Source of the DNA: Lentisphaeria bacterium
Lineage (GTDB): Bacteria > Verrucomicrobiota > Lentisphaeria > Victivallales > UBA1829
Reading direction: 5' to 3'
Length of the DNA: 64,000 nt
Assembly: GCA_017541665.1 (NCBI GenBank)
Contig: JAFXYP010000065.1
Location: forward strand, 39,167 to 103,166
In this document: piece by piece, positions 44,301 to 56,291 of the stretch
Numbering within the stretch: position 1 is the first letter of the stretch
How the letters are laid out: each line of letters starts with the position of its first letter
The notes under the pieces: generated by a model
What the model saw: only the letters and a program-made list of their open reading frames with translations
Database searches by the model: none
What the model was told of the DNA's origin: nothing
Position numbers and translations under genes: made by a program

Positions 44301-47300
44301 GGTCGAGACCGGCGAAAGCGCGAAACTGGTCCTGCCTGTGGCGCAGACCTCGCTCGACCGCGTGGTCCAGGTCAAGATCTTCAATCCGTCCAATCCCGAC
44401 GAAGCCGAGTATTATTCCGCCCGCGTGAAGGCCGGCGACCTGTTCGTCGAGCTTCCGTCCAGCGCGTTTTCCGTGGGATCGCAGTACAACGTGCAGATCA
44501 CGGACCAGTGCATTTACCAGGCACTCTATCAGAACACCACCAGTACCGAGCTTGCCGTTTCCGTGGCTCTGGCGCTGGTCCAGAGGGAATCCAGGCAGGT
44601 CGACGTCTCCATCGCCGCCCTGGAGCAGAAAAATGACGAAAACGTCGTTTATCTGTTCAGGAACCAGCCGGTCACGCCGACCCAGACTCAGCTCAAACTG
44701 AAAGGCGTGGATCTGGCGGACGGGTTCACCACATCCGTGGACCTGACGCTGGACGACGGGACCGGTGCGGGCACCGCGACCGTCACGTACAGCGCTGCGA
44801 CCGGCCAGCTGACTTTGAGCGGGATCGCCGACGCCAACGACAAGAAAAAAGTGACAGCGACGATCGACCTGGACAGCACCCACTCCATTCTCTATACGTT
44901 CAAGTATTCCAAGACCGCAACGACCCCCTACAGTGTCTTCCCGCAGTTCGTCGAAAACGCCTTCTACTCCGTGAAGGTAACGGAAAAGCCGACTCTGGGA
45001 ACCGCCGTGGTCGACGGCGTGGCAGACTCCTCGATCACCGCCCAGGGCATTGCGAACTCCGGTAAGCTGAGAGTCGCCTCCGAACACGAGACGAGGTCCC
45101 TGACGGTCTCCGGCTTGACATCGGATCCTCTCTACGACCGCACCGCCACCGTGCATGTCACGCACAAAACGGGCGATGCAACCGACTTCGACCGGACGTA
45201 CCTCGTGAACCTCCCGAAGGGAAGCGACAGCATGACGTTCTCCTCCAACGACCTCACGGACGATACGACGTATACCGTGGACGTGTCGTTCGCCTCGGAG
45301 AAGACGGATGTGAACAGTTTTTCCCTCAATAGCATCACCGGGATTCTGACGCTTTCCGACCTTGGCTCGTCCTCGTCCCTCCGTCCTGCCACGGTCTATG
45401 TCACGCACAACAGTACGGTTGAAGCCTTCTACGTCGAAATTCCGGCTGACGCAACCGGCGTGGATGTCCCGGGCACGTTCTCGAACGTCGAGGCGGTTTC
45501 CATCGCCTACAGCACCAGAAGCAGCGGCTCGGTGAACACCATGATCCGCAAGGCCGCCAAGCTGGACCTGACGGTCGAGGCAAAGGATTTCGACCGCGAC
45601 ATCACGGCAGTCATCGACTGCGACGGCCTTGCGCCGGACAACAGCCAGTCGAAGAGCGGCGAAGCGGATGCAGGCGCCGCGCTGTGGCTGGACTTCAATT
45701 CCGAGGGCACGAGCTCGACCGACCACACTTATACGGTCGAAGTCCGGGATTTCTCCGGTATGCTGGTCTATACGAAGGACATGGTCCTGAATTCCGGCAC
45801 CCCCAAATACAAGATCGCCTCCAGCATGTTCAAGGCAGGCACGGACTATACCGTGTACGTGAAAGACGGCGATGACCGGATCAGCGACCAGGTCAGAAGG
45901 ACGGAGATGTCCGAATCCATGGAAACGACGAAGCTGACCTTCGACGTGGCGCCCGGCGCATCCCGCATTCTGAACGTGACGGTGGCCGGATCTTTCGCAG
46001 GCGATGCCGCCGCCTCCACCCGGACCTATCAGGTGGAGGTCGAATCCGGCGCGGAAACGGCGTCCATCATTTCCGATGAACTGACGGCGTCGGCATACGA
46101 CGTTTCGATCCGAAAGGCCGTTTACTCCGTCTTCGTCGCACAGGGGACCACAACGGGGACCATCTCCTCCAACGCGTTCGCGGTCGGGGCGCATTATGAC
46201 GTGTCCATCACGGACGGCGAGACGGAGATCCCCAAACAGGAATACATCGCGAAGACGCTCTCCACGCTGACCGCCACCGATGTCGTGAACAGCAACGACA
46301 TCGAGGTCGACAACGCCGACTTCATCGCCGATTCGGTCGTGAACGACGGGACGTTCACCGTCTCCGGCTACAGCAGGCTGGATATCGATGCGCTCAGCGG
46401 GACCGCAGCCGTTTCCGTTGCGGATAACGGCACCCTGCATGACTCCACCGTCACCGGCGGCGCCATCGCCGCGGCGGGCAATATGGGGTTTGCCGGGGAC
46501 AACGCCATGACCGGCGTCGCGATCACGGTCTCCGCCGGCGCCCTGTCGAACACCGGAACGCTCGCGCTCAATACGGACTCGACGCTCACCGTGAGGGACG
46601 ACGTCACGAATACCGGGACGATCTCCTACAAGTTCGTGAACGGCACGCCTTCCGACCAGGTCTTCCAGGTCACCGGCTCAGGCATGGGTGTCATCAATGA
46701 AGGCGGCACGATCCTGATCGACGCCTCCGCGTATACCGGATCCGAAGATAAGCAGGTCACGGACTTCTCCGTCACCGGCGGCAATGTCCGGGCAGTCAAT
46801 CTACCCACCATTCCCGGGAGAACGGTCGTCGCGGTCCGCAAGACGGCCAGTGAAGTCGCCGATACGGTCTGGCTCATCGCGCTGGAAGCCGAAACGGCCA
46901 CGCTGTACGTGGACAACATGCAGTCCTGGGAAACCGCTCCCGAAGGCACTGCGATTCCCGGGACTTCCGAGCCGATTCTGTACTACAAGGTCAACGCCTT
47001 TGTCAATTCCTCCGACACGGTGAACGGGATCGTGTCCGACACCTCGGCCATTTCCCTGGCAGGCGGAAACACGACAGGCTACGGTGCGCTCGACCTGTCC
47101 GGCGCGGACAAGCTGACCGGAACCCGGGAAACGGTCACGATCGAGGTCACCGGCACGAATGCGGCCGACATCGGTTCCCTGACGACCGGCGAAAGCAAGG
47201 TCGAGGTCGTGACTTCCGGGGACCTGAATGTGAACGGCGCGGTCACGAACAACGGCACGCTCACGCAGAGCACGGGCGCGATGGACGTCACTTCGGCGTT

Positions 47301-50300
47301 CACGAACTCCGGCAGCTTCACGCAGGCCGCGGGCTCCATGAACGCGGCCTCCCTTGCGAACAATGCCGGTTCCACCATGACGCTCAACGGCACGATGACC
47401 GTGGCCGGAGAGGTCACGAACTCCGGCAGCTTCACGCAGGCTGCCGGCTCCATGAGCGCCGCTTCGCTCACAAACAACGCCGGCGGCACGATCACGGTCG
47501 GCTCGGGCGAGCTGTCGACTGCCGGCGCGATCACCGTGTCCGGCGCGGTCACGAACAGCGGCTCGATCACGCTCGGCTCCGGTTCGTCGTTCAAGATCGG
47601 GACCGAGACTCCCGATCCGTCGTATTCCTTTACCGGGAGCCCGCTCACGAACAATGCCGGCGGCACGATCACGATTGACGCGTCTTCCTCGCTGCGGGCA
47701 GGAGCTGTCCGGAACAAGGGCGACATCGCCTATTCGTATGCCGCGCTCACGGACGATCCGACGACCGCGTACGGCCAGAGATTCTCGGCTTCTTCCGTCA
47801 ACAACTCCGGCGGCACGATCACGATCGACATTTCCGGCGCGGTTTTCACAAATGACATCAAGGAACTGCAGGTCACGAATTTCGGCGTCACCGGCGGCGA
47901 AATCGAACTGACCGGGACCCCGACTCTCGTTGGTTTCTCCGGTTCCATCCTGGCCGTCCGCAGAACGACCGACAATGTCGCCAACACGATCTGGCTCGTC
48001 GCGTCTCCCGCCAACACGAATGTGCTGTACGTAGACAACTCGGAGTCCTGGGAGAACACGCCGGAGGGCGGCTATATCGCAGGCTCTTCCAGCCCGGATA
48101 AGTATTACAAGGTCAACGCCTTTATCAATGCCCCGGACGCGACGGACGGAATCCTTTCCAACACCTCGACGATCTCCATGGCGGGAGTCAACGGCTCTGG
48201 AGTGAGTTACGGCGCGCTTGACCTGTCCGGCGTAAGCAAGGTGACGGGCACGCGGGAAACGTTCACCCTCAAGATCACCAATTCCACGGCCAAGGTCGAT
48301 TCCCTGACGACCGGCGGCGAAGGCAAGGTGGCCGTGATCATCTCGGGGAGCCTGAACGCGCTCGGAGAGGTCAAAAACGGCAACAACGGCACACTTACGC
48401 AAAGCACCGGAACCATGACCGCCGCCGTGCTGACGAACAATACCGGCGGAACGATGACGCTCAACAAAAATGTGACCGTGACCAATGCCATCACGAACTC
48501 CGGCACATTTGAACATACAAGCGGCTATATCCGAGCAGTCGGCGCCGCGATCACGAACTTCGGCGAGTTCCGGCATTCGGGAACGGGTGCGAACTATGTC
48601 TCCGCCACGATGCTGACGAACGCCGCGGTCGCAGGCACCATGACGCTCGACTGCGCAGTCGTCAGAGTGGCTAACGAGATCACGAATTCCGGCACTTTGT
48701 TCGAGCATGCCACGACGGTCGCCGGCAACTCCGCGACGGTTTTCTCCGCCGCGACGCTGATGAACGCGGCCGGGACCATGAAACTCCATGCCGCCACGGT
48801 CACGGTCGGCGGAAACCTCACGAACGACGCGCCCGACAGCGCACCCGAAAGCGCTTCGTTCATCTGGGACCCCAACCCCAGCGTAGGGGATACCACCAGC
48901 AGTGTTTCTCCACGGCTTTCCGCCAAGAATCTCCTGAACACGAATCCGGGCGGGACCATGCAGCTCAACGGCGCAGTCACCGTGACCGAAACGCTCACGA
49001 ACTCCGGCACGATCCATCATGCCTCGGATGTGATGTCCGCCAAGAACATTACGAATGAAGCCGGCTCCATTACGTTTGGCGGCACGGCCGTTCGCACCAC
49101 CGGCACCATCACAAACCGCGCCACCATGACGCAGATCAACGGCGGTTCGCTCCACGCCGCCGTTCTCAGAAACGACAAGACCGGCGCCGTTTTCACGAAG
49201 AACGGCGGCTATCTGAACGTCAACACGCTTACGGCCGGGTCCTCCGCCACGATGACGCTCTACCTCGACGACGACACGGCGGATCATACGGGAGAAACCG
49301 CGGGTGCCCACAGCGTCGTCTCCTCCGCCTTTACCAATGGAAACAGCAACCAGTTCGATCTGAAATCCGGCACGCTCGTCGTTCTGCCCGCGAACGGCAT
49401 AATCAATTCCGGCACGATCCATGTGGGCGGGGACGGCGACGAAGCCGTGCTCATCGCCAAAAAGCTCGACATGTCCGAGTCCGGAACAACCCGGGGCTCT
49501 CTGTACGTGGAGGACGGAGGCGTGCTTCAGATCACCGACGGCAACCACACCGGTCTTCTGGGCATCAACGACGGCAGCAGCTCCCGCAAAATCGTGGTCA
49601 GCGGCGGAACGATCCTCGCGGACGTGATCAAAACGAAAGGGACCAGCGATTCGAACGATGCCGGGAAGCTTTTCATCCAGGGCGAGTCGACGGTCGCGGC
49701 GGACTCCTACACCGGGAACGGCTGGATCGTGCTCGACGCCGCCACGCTGAACAAGGACACGAAGATCGTATTCGACGTATCCAATAAAAAGCTTGTGGTC
49801 AGGAATGCAAATACCGTGGTCGGGTCGAACATCTCGGTCAATGCGATGGACGTGAAGTCCGGCGGCTCTCTGACGATCTCCAACGATGTCGTCAATGAAA
49901 CCCCGGTCGGCGACTTTACCGTTAAAAACATCACGAACAACGGCACGATCCGAGTCGGCAACGTAGTCGGCGGCGGCGGAAATGCGAAACGCGGAACCGT
50001 GAACCTCGGCGTGAACGACGGGACCGGCGAGGTCACAAACAACGGCACGATCTCGGTCGAAGTCGGGTCCACGGTGCTCACGGACAAGATCTCCGGCGGC
50101 ACGATCGACATCCGGACAACGGGGCTTTCCCTGACGGAGGACCTTTATGTCCTGGTCAAGGGCGCGCTTGACGGCGAAAACACCCCGACGCTGACCGTCA
50201 ATGGCGGCAGCACTCCTCCGGAAGGCTATTCGGTCCAGACATTCGGCAACAAGGGCGTGTTCCTGGCCAGGACGAATCCGACGGTGCTGTATGTGAACAA

Positions 50301-53300
50301 CGCCTATGCGGGCGCCGTCGGGGACGAGACCGACGACGGCCATCTGATCGGTTACAACGCGTTCACGGACAATCCCGACAGCGAGGTCGACACGACTCTT
50401 GCATTCGCCGCGGACGCGTCGAATACGACGGTGAGCTATGCAGCATCCGCGACAACGTATTCGGCTGTGAATTTCGGGACGACAGCCAACGCCCCGGCGA
50501 ACCTCACGGTCACGACGTCCGGCTCCGGTCCGGTCGCCATGAATCCGCTGACCGTCGGAAACGGCAGCTCGGGTCAGGCCGTCACGCTCTCCGGCGCAGA
50601 CCTAACCCTGGCCGACGCAGTCGAGCCCGCGACCGCCTCCCTCACGGTGTCGGGCGACAGCACGCTGTACATCGGCGGCGCATCCGCATCCGCGGTCACG
50701 GCGGAAACTGTGGCCAACAACGGCTCGATCGTGATCGCATCCGGGTCCGAGCTTGAAGCCGGCGCCGTGACGAACACGGATGGCGGGATCGCGGTCAACG
50801 GAACGCTGGCCGCGGCCGGCATCACGGGCGGTGCGGTTTCGGTCTCGAACAAGCTGACTGTCACCAGCAGCATTTCCAATGTTGCGCTCACGGTGAGTGC
50901 ACCCGGCGCAACGGATCCCGGCGATGTCGCGGTAACGGCGGAAAACATCATCAGCAGCACCATAGCGCTGTCGATTACCGCGGAATCTCTTAGCGGGAAC
51001 GCGGATTCGTACCAGTATATCGCAGCCGGCCTCAGCAATGTTTCGTTCACGGTCAACGGCGGCTCCGATTCTGTGGGAGAGCTTGATGAAGTAATGCCGG
51101 GCTATCTCTTCACGACGAAGGGGGACACGGGCGCATGGCTGGTGAAAGCCCAGTCCCGCGAAACGCTTTATGTAGACAGTTCGTATACTGCGAACGGCGC
51201 CAACGACGGTCTCATCTACGGCTGGAACGCGTTCAGCGACCTGGCGGATGCGCTTTCGGCCGCGACCTCCGAGACCACCACGATCACAATCGAATCCGAC
51301 TCGGAAGCAACCGACGTCAAGAATGTATACAAGGCTTTCGAGAATGCTTCGGTCACGATCGAAACGATCAACGGCGCACAGACAGCCACACTCATTTTTG
51401 CGATAGGGAAAGACCTCGCCCTGACGCCGAAAGACGGCGGCAGCCTCACGATTGCCGAAGACACCACGATTTCGACAGTCGGCGACAAGAGCAGCGCCTA
51501 CATCGTCCTGAACTACGGCCGCACCAGCGGCACGGTCACGGTCAACGGCACGCTTGAATCCTCCACGGAAATCGCGCTCTGGGGCATGACCACGGTCGGG
51601 ACGACCGGCTCGCTCATCGCGGACGACGACGGCATCATCCTCTTCCGTTCCGGCTATGCCGCGGCGGCAAACGACGCCTACACAACCGGTTACGCCGTAA
51701 CGATCGGCAAACTTGGAGAAGAAGAGAAGCCGGAGATCAAAGCCACATGGTTCGACCTTGCTTCCGGCGTTGTAAATGTCAACAATGCCACAGTCACAGC
51801 AGAGAAGTTCCTTTACAGCCAGAATATGGGCGGAAACGGCGCATATGATCCTTCCGTGGAGGAATTTGCCGTAACAGACACGATTCACAAGGCGATCCTG
51901 AATTCCCAAGGCTCCACTTGGAAGATCGGAGATTTCGAGGCCGACGGCACCGGCGACAGGACTGACGGCACGAAGAACTACATCACGCAGAACGGCGAGT
52001 TCAACTTCGCCGGAAGCCGGATCGACGTATCCTCGAACGCCAGCTTCGGCAACAAGATCGAGCTGAACCTGTCCAACTCCGTTATGGACATCGACGGCGA
52101 TCTGGAGAACGCCGGCGCCATCAACCTGACCGACTCCGCGATGCAGATCGATGGCAGCCTTGAGAACGCCGGAACGATCCGGATCGAAAAGAATACGGCG
52201 ACCGACGGGTCCGTGTTCAGCGTCGCCGGAAATGCCCTGAACCGTGAAGGCGCGCTCATTTCCATCAATGGTTCGCAGTTCAATGCGAACGGAACAGAAG
52301 AAAGCACTCTCACGAACAACGGCACGATCGAAGTCTCCGGCAGAAGCCTTCTGGTCATCGACACGCTCACCGGCAACGCCATCGAGCTGCTGGACGGCGC
52401 GATCATCAACGCCACCATCCAAAGCGGCGGCAAGCTGAACGTGGGAACACACCTTGTCGAGGAAACCCCTGTCGGAAACAGCGTCATCTTCTCCGGGACG
52501 AACGACATGGCGTCCACCGACATCGACAATGCCGGGACCATCACGGTCTACAATACGCTGTCCGGCGGTGCGATCGACAACGACGGCACCATCACCGTGA
52601 ACGGCACGCTGTCCGCAACGGGCGCGATCGACAACGCCGGCGGCACGATCACCGTGAACGGCACGCTGTCCGCAACGGGCGCGATCGACAACGACGGCGG
52701 CACGATCCTCGTCAACAGCATTGGGGCAACGCCCGCCATCACGGCGACGGGCATTGACAACACTTCCGGTACGATCACGATCGACGCAACCGGATTCAGC
52801 ACCGGCACGCTGAAGGTCATCGACGTCGCCGGCAAGACCGGCCTCAACGTTGCGGACATCATTCTGACGCACGCCGAAGATGGCGTCCGCCTGGTGCAGG
52901 CGTCGGACGGCGATATCCTCATCACGAACCAGGATCAGGCGGTCCTGTATGTGAAGAGCACCTATTCCCCGACCGGCGAGAACGACGGCCACATCTACGG
53001 CTACAACGCGTTCAGCAGTTTCCAGGCCGCAATGGACGCCGCGGCCCCGCGCACGGAGGCAACGACGATCACGGTCCTGAACGCCGTCACGGAAGAATAC
53101 GACAACGACCTGATGGAAGGATTCGGCGGCAATGTGACCGTCAACGGATCGGGCTCCGTCACGCTCGCAAACACCGCCGCCGGCAGAATGGATCTCTGCA
53201 TCTCGCCCGCATCGGGAACGACGTTCACGATCACGGCCCCGATCACGATGGCCGGCGCGACATACTATGTGGAAACGGAACCCGCCACGCGGCCTGCCGG

Positions 53301-56103
53301 CATCTGGCTCAATTACACGGGCCCCGGCTCGACCGTCGTTTCGAGCGCGATCGATTCCGAGACGTTCATCGGCATCAACGGCACGGTCGGCGTCGACAAG
53401 GACGGATCGCTCGAGACGGACGGCGACATCCAGGTCGGGCGCGCCCGCGATGCCATGGCGACCGCTCTGACGATCGCCGGCACGGGCAGAGCCAATCCCG
53501 CCGCCAATCAGGTGTCCGCAAAGGGCCTTCAGCTTTCGGAAGGCACGATGACGACGACGAACACGAAGATCAAGGCGGATTATCTGTCGTATACGGATAC
53601 GGAGAACTTCGATACACGCTCGGAGGATTTCTCCGCTCCGTTCGTACTGAACTCCACCGGCACCGAGTGGACGCTCAAGGGAATGAAAGTGGCGTTCTAC
53701 TCGACGCCCGGCACAAAGATCAGGAGCACCGCAACCGCCACGCTCAACTTCACGAACAGCGTGGTGTATGTCGACGGGAACGTGATCAACGCGGCGTACA
53801 GGACGACGGACGGACAGAATGCCGTTTCGTATCTTGCGGACGCCCCGGCGATGACGATCAACCTGACCGGCTCCGCGATGCATATCACCGGCGGCATGGA
53901 GAACGCCGGTGCGATCACGCTGGCAAAAGACTCATCGGACCATGTCTCCGTGCTCACGGTCGCCGGCGCCATCACGAACGAAGCCGGCGGCGCCATCAAC
54001 ATTACCGGCAGCACCCTGACCGCGAATGCTGCCATCACGAACGAAGCCGGCGCGGCCATCGCCCTGACCGGCTCCACGCTGACCGCCGCGACATCCAAAG
54101 TAACAAACAACGGTACGTTCAGCGTCTCCGGCGAAAGCACGCTCGACATCGGCGAACTCGACGGCACGATCACGGTCGAGGCCGGAGCCACGCTGGCGGG
54201 GTCCAATATCGCAGGCGCCGCGCCGACCGTATCCGTCTCCGCGGATCCCGAACCCGCCGAATCTCCCCTCACGGTGGTCATCGAGACCAAAGGCATCATC
54301 CATGCCGAGGGCGACCTGAACTTCACCGGCAACAATGCGCTGACGGACATCACGCTCGATGCCGTGGGAGAGATCACGACCGACGGCACGCTCACGATCA
54401 ACGCCTATTCGATGATTACGGCCGACAGCATCAGCTTCTCCGGCGACGGCGAGGTCTTCGTGGATGCGACGGGCTTCGATCTCGCCGACGTCGGCGGAAT
54501 GAAGAAGGTCATTCAGCTAAATGCCGATTCGGAGCCGATCCCGACGTCGAAATATTCGACGACTGCAGGATTCGACCTGATCTACAACGCCGGGGAATCC
54601 GCCTACTATCTGGTCGACGCGCCAAACAACATCATCTATGTTGAGAAAGACTGGACCGCGAGCGATTACGGAACCGAAGTCGACCCCCAGAAGTATTATG
54701 GATACAATGCGGCCAACAATGTCAACGCCGCTGTCGACATCGCCGTTCAGGTCAGGAGCGAGACGCCTTCGGCCACGCCTGAAATCGTCGTGTATGAGGG
54801 CGCGTACTCCGGAGTCATCCAGCTGAAGGGCATATCCACCACGATCCTGAAAAACCAGGATGAACAGGCGCCCCATGGCACGTCCTTCTCCAGCGCCATT
54901 TACGGTGGAGAAAAGACCAGCACGGGCACGACCGGCGCCGGGATCACGGCAGGCAACAGCATTACCGTCGAAACCGGGAATTTCAGCAAATTCGTCGTCG
55001 GCGGCAGCAACATCGACATGGTAAACACGGAAGACGCGTCCAAGAACAAAGACGTGCAGTATGTCATCAACGGGACGCTGGACACCGAAACGAACCGCAC
55101 CGTCGCCCACACGTTCACGATCACCGGCGGCGTATTCAATACCGGAATCGTCGCAGGCGGCGACAGATTCGTGACCGGCGATTTCTCGTTGAACGGCGAC
55201 ATCAACATGTTCATCGATGGCGGCAGTTTCAATTACGCCGTCGCGGGCGGCCTGCTGAATTCGACCGGATCGACGGGAAAAGGAAAGGCTGTCGTCAACG
55301 GCAATGTCAATCTGACCATCACGGGCGGTTCCTTCGGAGACAACTGCTGGATCTACGGCGGCTGCATTTCCACCCAAAAGGACCAGGACATCAACGCTCA
55401 GACCGAAATCCACGGGGATGTGACGATCACGGTCGACAGTTCCTCCGGGAACACGATCAATCTCAGCAAGATGGTCGTCGGCTCCCACGGCTGGGGAAAG
55501 ATCGTCCGTGAGAACGAGGACGACCCGCTGGGCAACACGAAACTGGTCTTCACCGGCGACGGAAGCAAGATCACATTCAATTCCAATGCCCATATCTGGG
55601 GCGGCTGCAGCGGGGACGACTTCGACTCCGAGACATTTGCGGTGGACGCCACCTCTGTCGACAGTCGCAGGATCCTGTCGTTCACGGACTTCAGCGGCCC
55701 GCTCAACTGCAAAATGATCCGGGGCTTCAGCGACATCCAGTGCATCCGCAGCGTCGTGACGCTGAAGGAAGACGGCGTCTACAACTTCTCCGACATCGGC
55801 AACTGGGAATTCGTCTATGCCGAAAAAGCCGACGAATCCCTGGCGGATTTCACGGGCAGCTTCCTCAACGATTTCTCCGGCGACACCCTCCGGCTTGACC
55901 TGGGTGACTGGGACGGTTCGAGCGCATGGACGATCCTTGAAAACACCGCCGAAAGCGGCGCGTTCACCGGGTTCGGCGACATGGATGTCCGGATCGGAGA
56001 TAACACCCTGAATTGGGATTCGGGCAACGGCTTCTATTCCGGCGGCGGCTATACGCTCGCGCTGGACGACACGGAAACGAAGATGGTCCTTACCCTGGCA
56101 TGA
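41310..56103 (+). CDS. giant modular beta-helix-like repeat protein (~4,930 aa if the frameshift at 43246-43251 is bridged); annotated in two ORFs here
   Basis: ORF 41310-43619 reads as plausible protein only up to ...SGECTVNGVF (43250) and is then Arg-rich nonsense. The frame of ORF 43396-56103 is open from 43240 and reads TNLADDSATRITFQDAVLGADTLIQ... well before its first ATG. Eight super-modules each begin with an x(L/I)(Y/F)V cap followed by a YG(Y/W)NAF-type motif, at 41310, 43873, 46897, 48019, 50281, 51160, 52939 and 54628. The interior is Thr/Gly/Asn/Ser/Val-rich with 19-residue periodicity. There is no N-terminal signal peptide, RTX repeat or beta-barrel. Confidence 0.85.
43240..43251 (+). 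other. frameshift site at a T5 homopolymer inside the giant gene
   Basis: Frame-0 codons are GGC GTT TTT CAC and frame+1 codons are GCG TTT TTC ACG. Removing one T from T5 (43246-43250) yields the continuous ...ECTVNGVFTNLADDSATRITF.... The frame+1 stop TGA at 43237-43239 sets the lower bound of the switch window. Confidence 0.8.
52591..52693 (+). repeat. perfect 46-nt direct repeat at 57-nt (19-codon) period inside the giant gene
   Basis: ATCACCGTGAACGGCACGCTGTCCGCAACGGGCGCGATCGACAACG occurs at 52591-52636 and again at 52648-52693. It encodes (G)GTITVNGTLSATGAIDN(A/D) twice. Confidence 0.9.
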
Positions 56104-56264
56104 GCGAAATGAACAACAGCCCGAAAAAGGTTTTATGCTATATGAAAGAGACGGAAACGAAACGGAAAGAACCCTACGAAACTCCTGCCGTCCTTGATAT
56201 CAAACCCGTAACGGTTTGCTGCGGCGGTTTGTCGGACGGAGGATACGACGATGATGAGGGATGA
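56100..56264 (+). CDS. candidate small precursor peptide (54 aa; alternative 40-aa form from ATG 56142)
   Basis: ATG 56100 overlaps the giant gene stop (ATGA). The sequence is MSEMNNSPKKVLCYMKETETKRKEPYETPAVLDIKPVTVCCGGLSDGGYDDDEG, with a Lys/Glu-rich leader-like part and a C-terminal CCGG plus acidic tail. It sits directly upstream of kinase, PqqD and peptidase genes. There is no clear SD, so it rests on context. Confidence 0.4.
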   Translation: MSEMNNSPKKVLCYMKETETKRKEPYETPAVLDIKPVTVCCGGLSDGGYDDDEG

Positions 56265-56291
56265 TGTCCCGGCACCTTTTTGAATGAATCG

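Noticed and set aside
44104-53883. Very long reverse-strand ORFs opposite the giant gene: 44104-46440 (778 aa), 46801-50343 (1180 aa) and 50602-53883 (1093 aa).
   Set aside because: Their translations are Arg/Gly/Asp/His/Val-rich low-complexity strings with no motifs, which is typical of shadow ORFs in GC-rich DNA. The forward frame carries structured, periodic, motif-bearing protein sequence.
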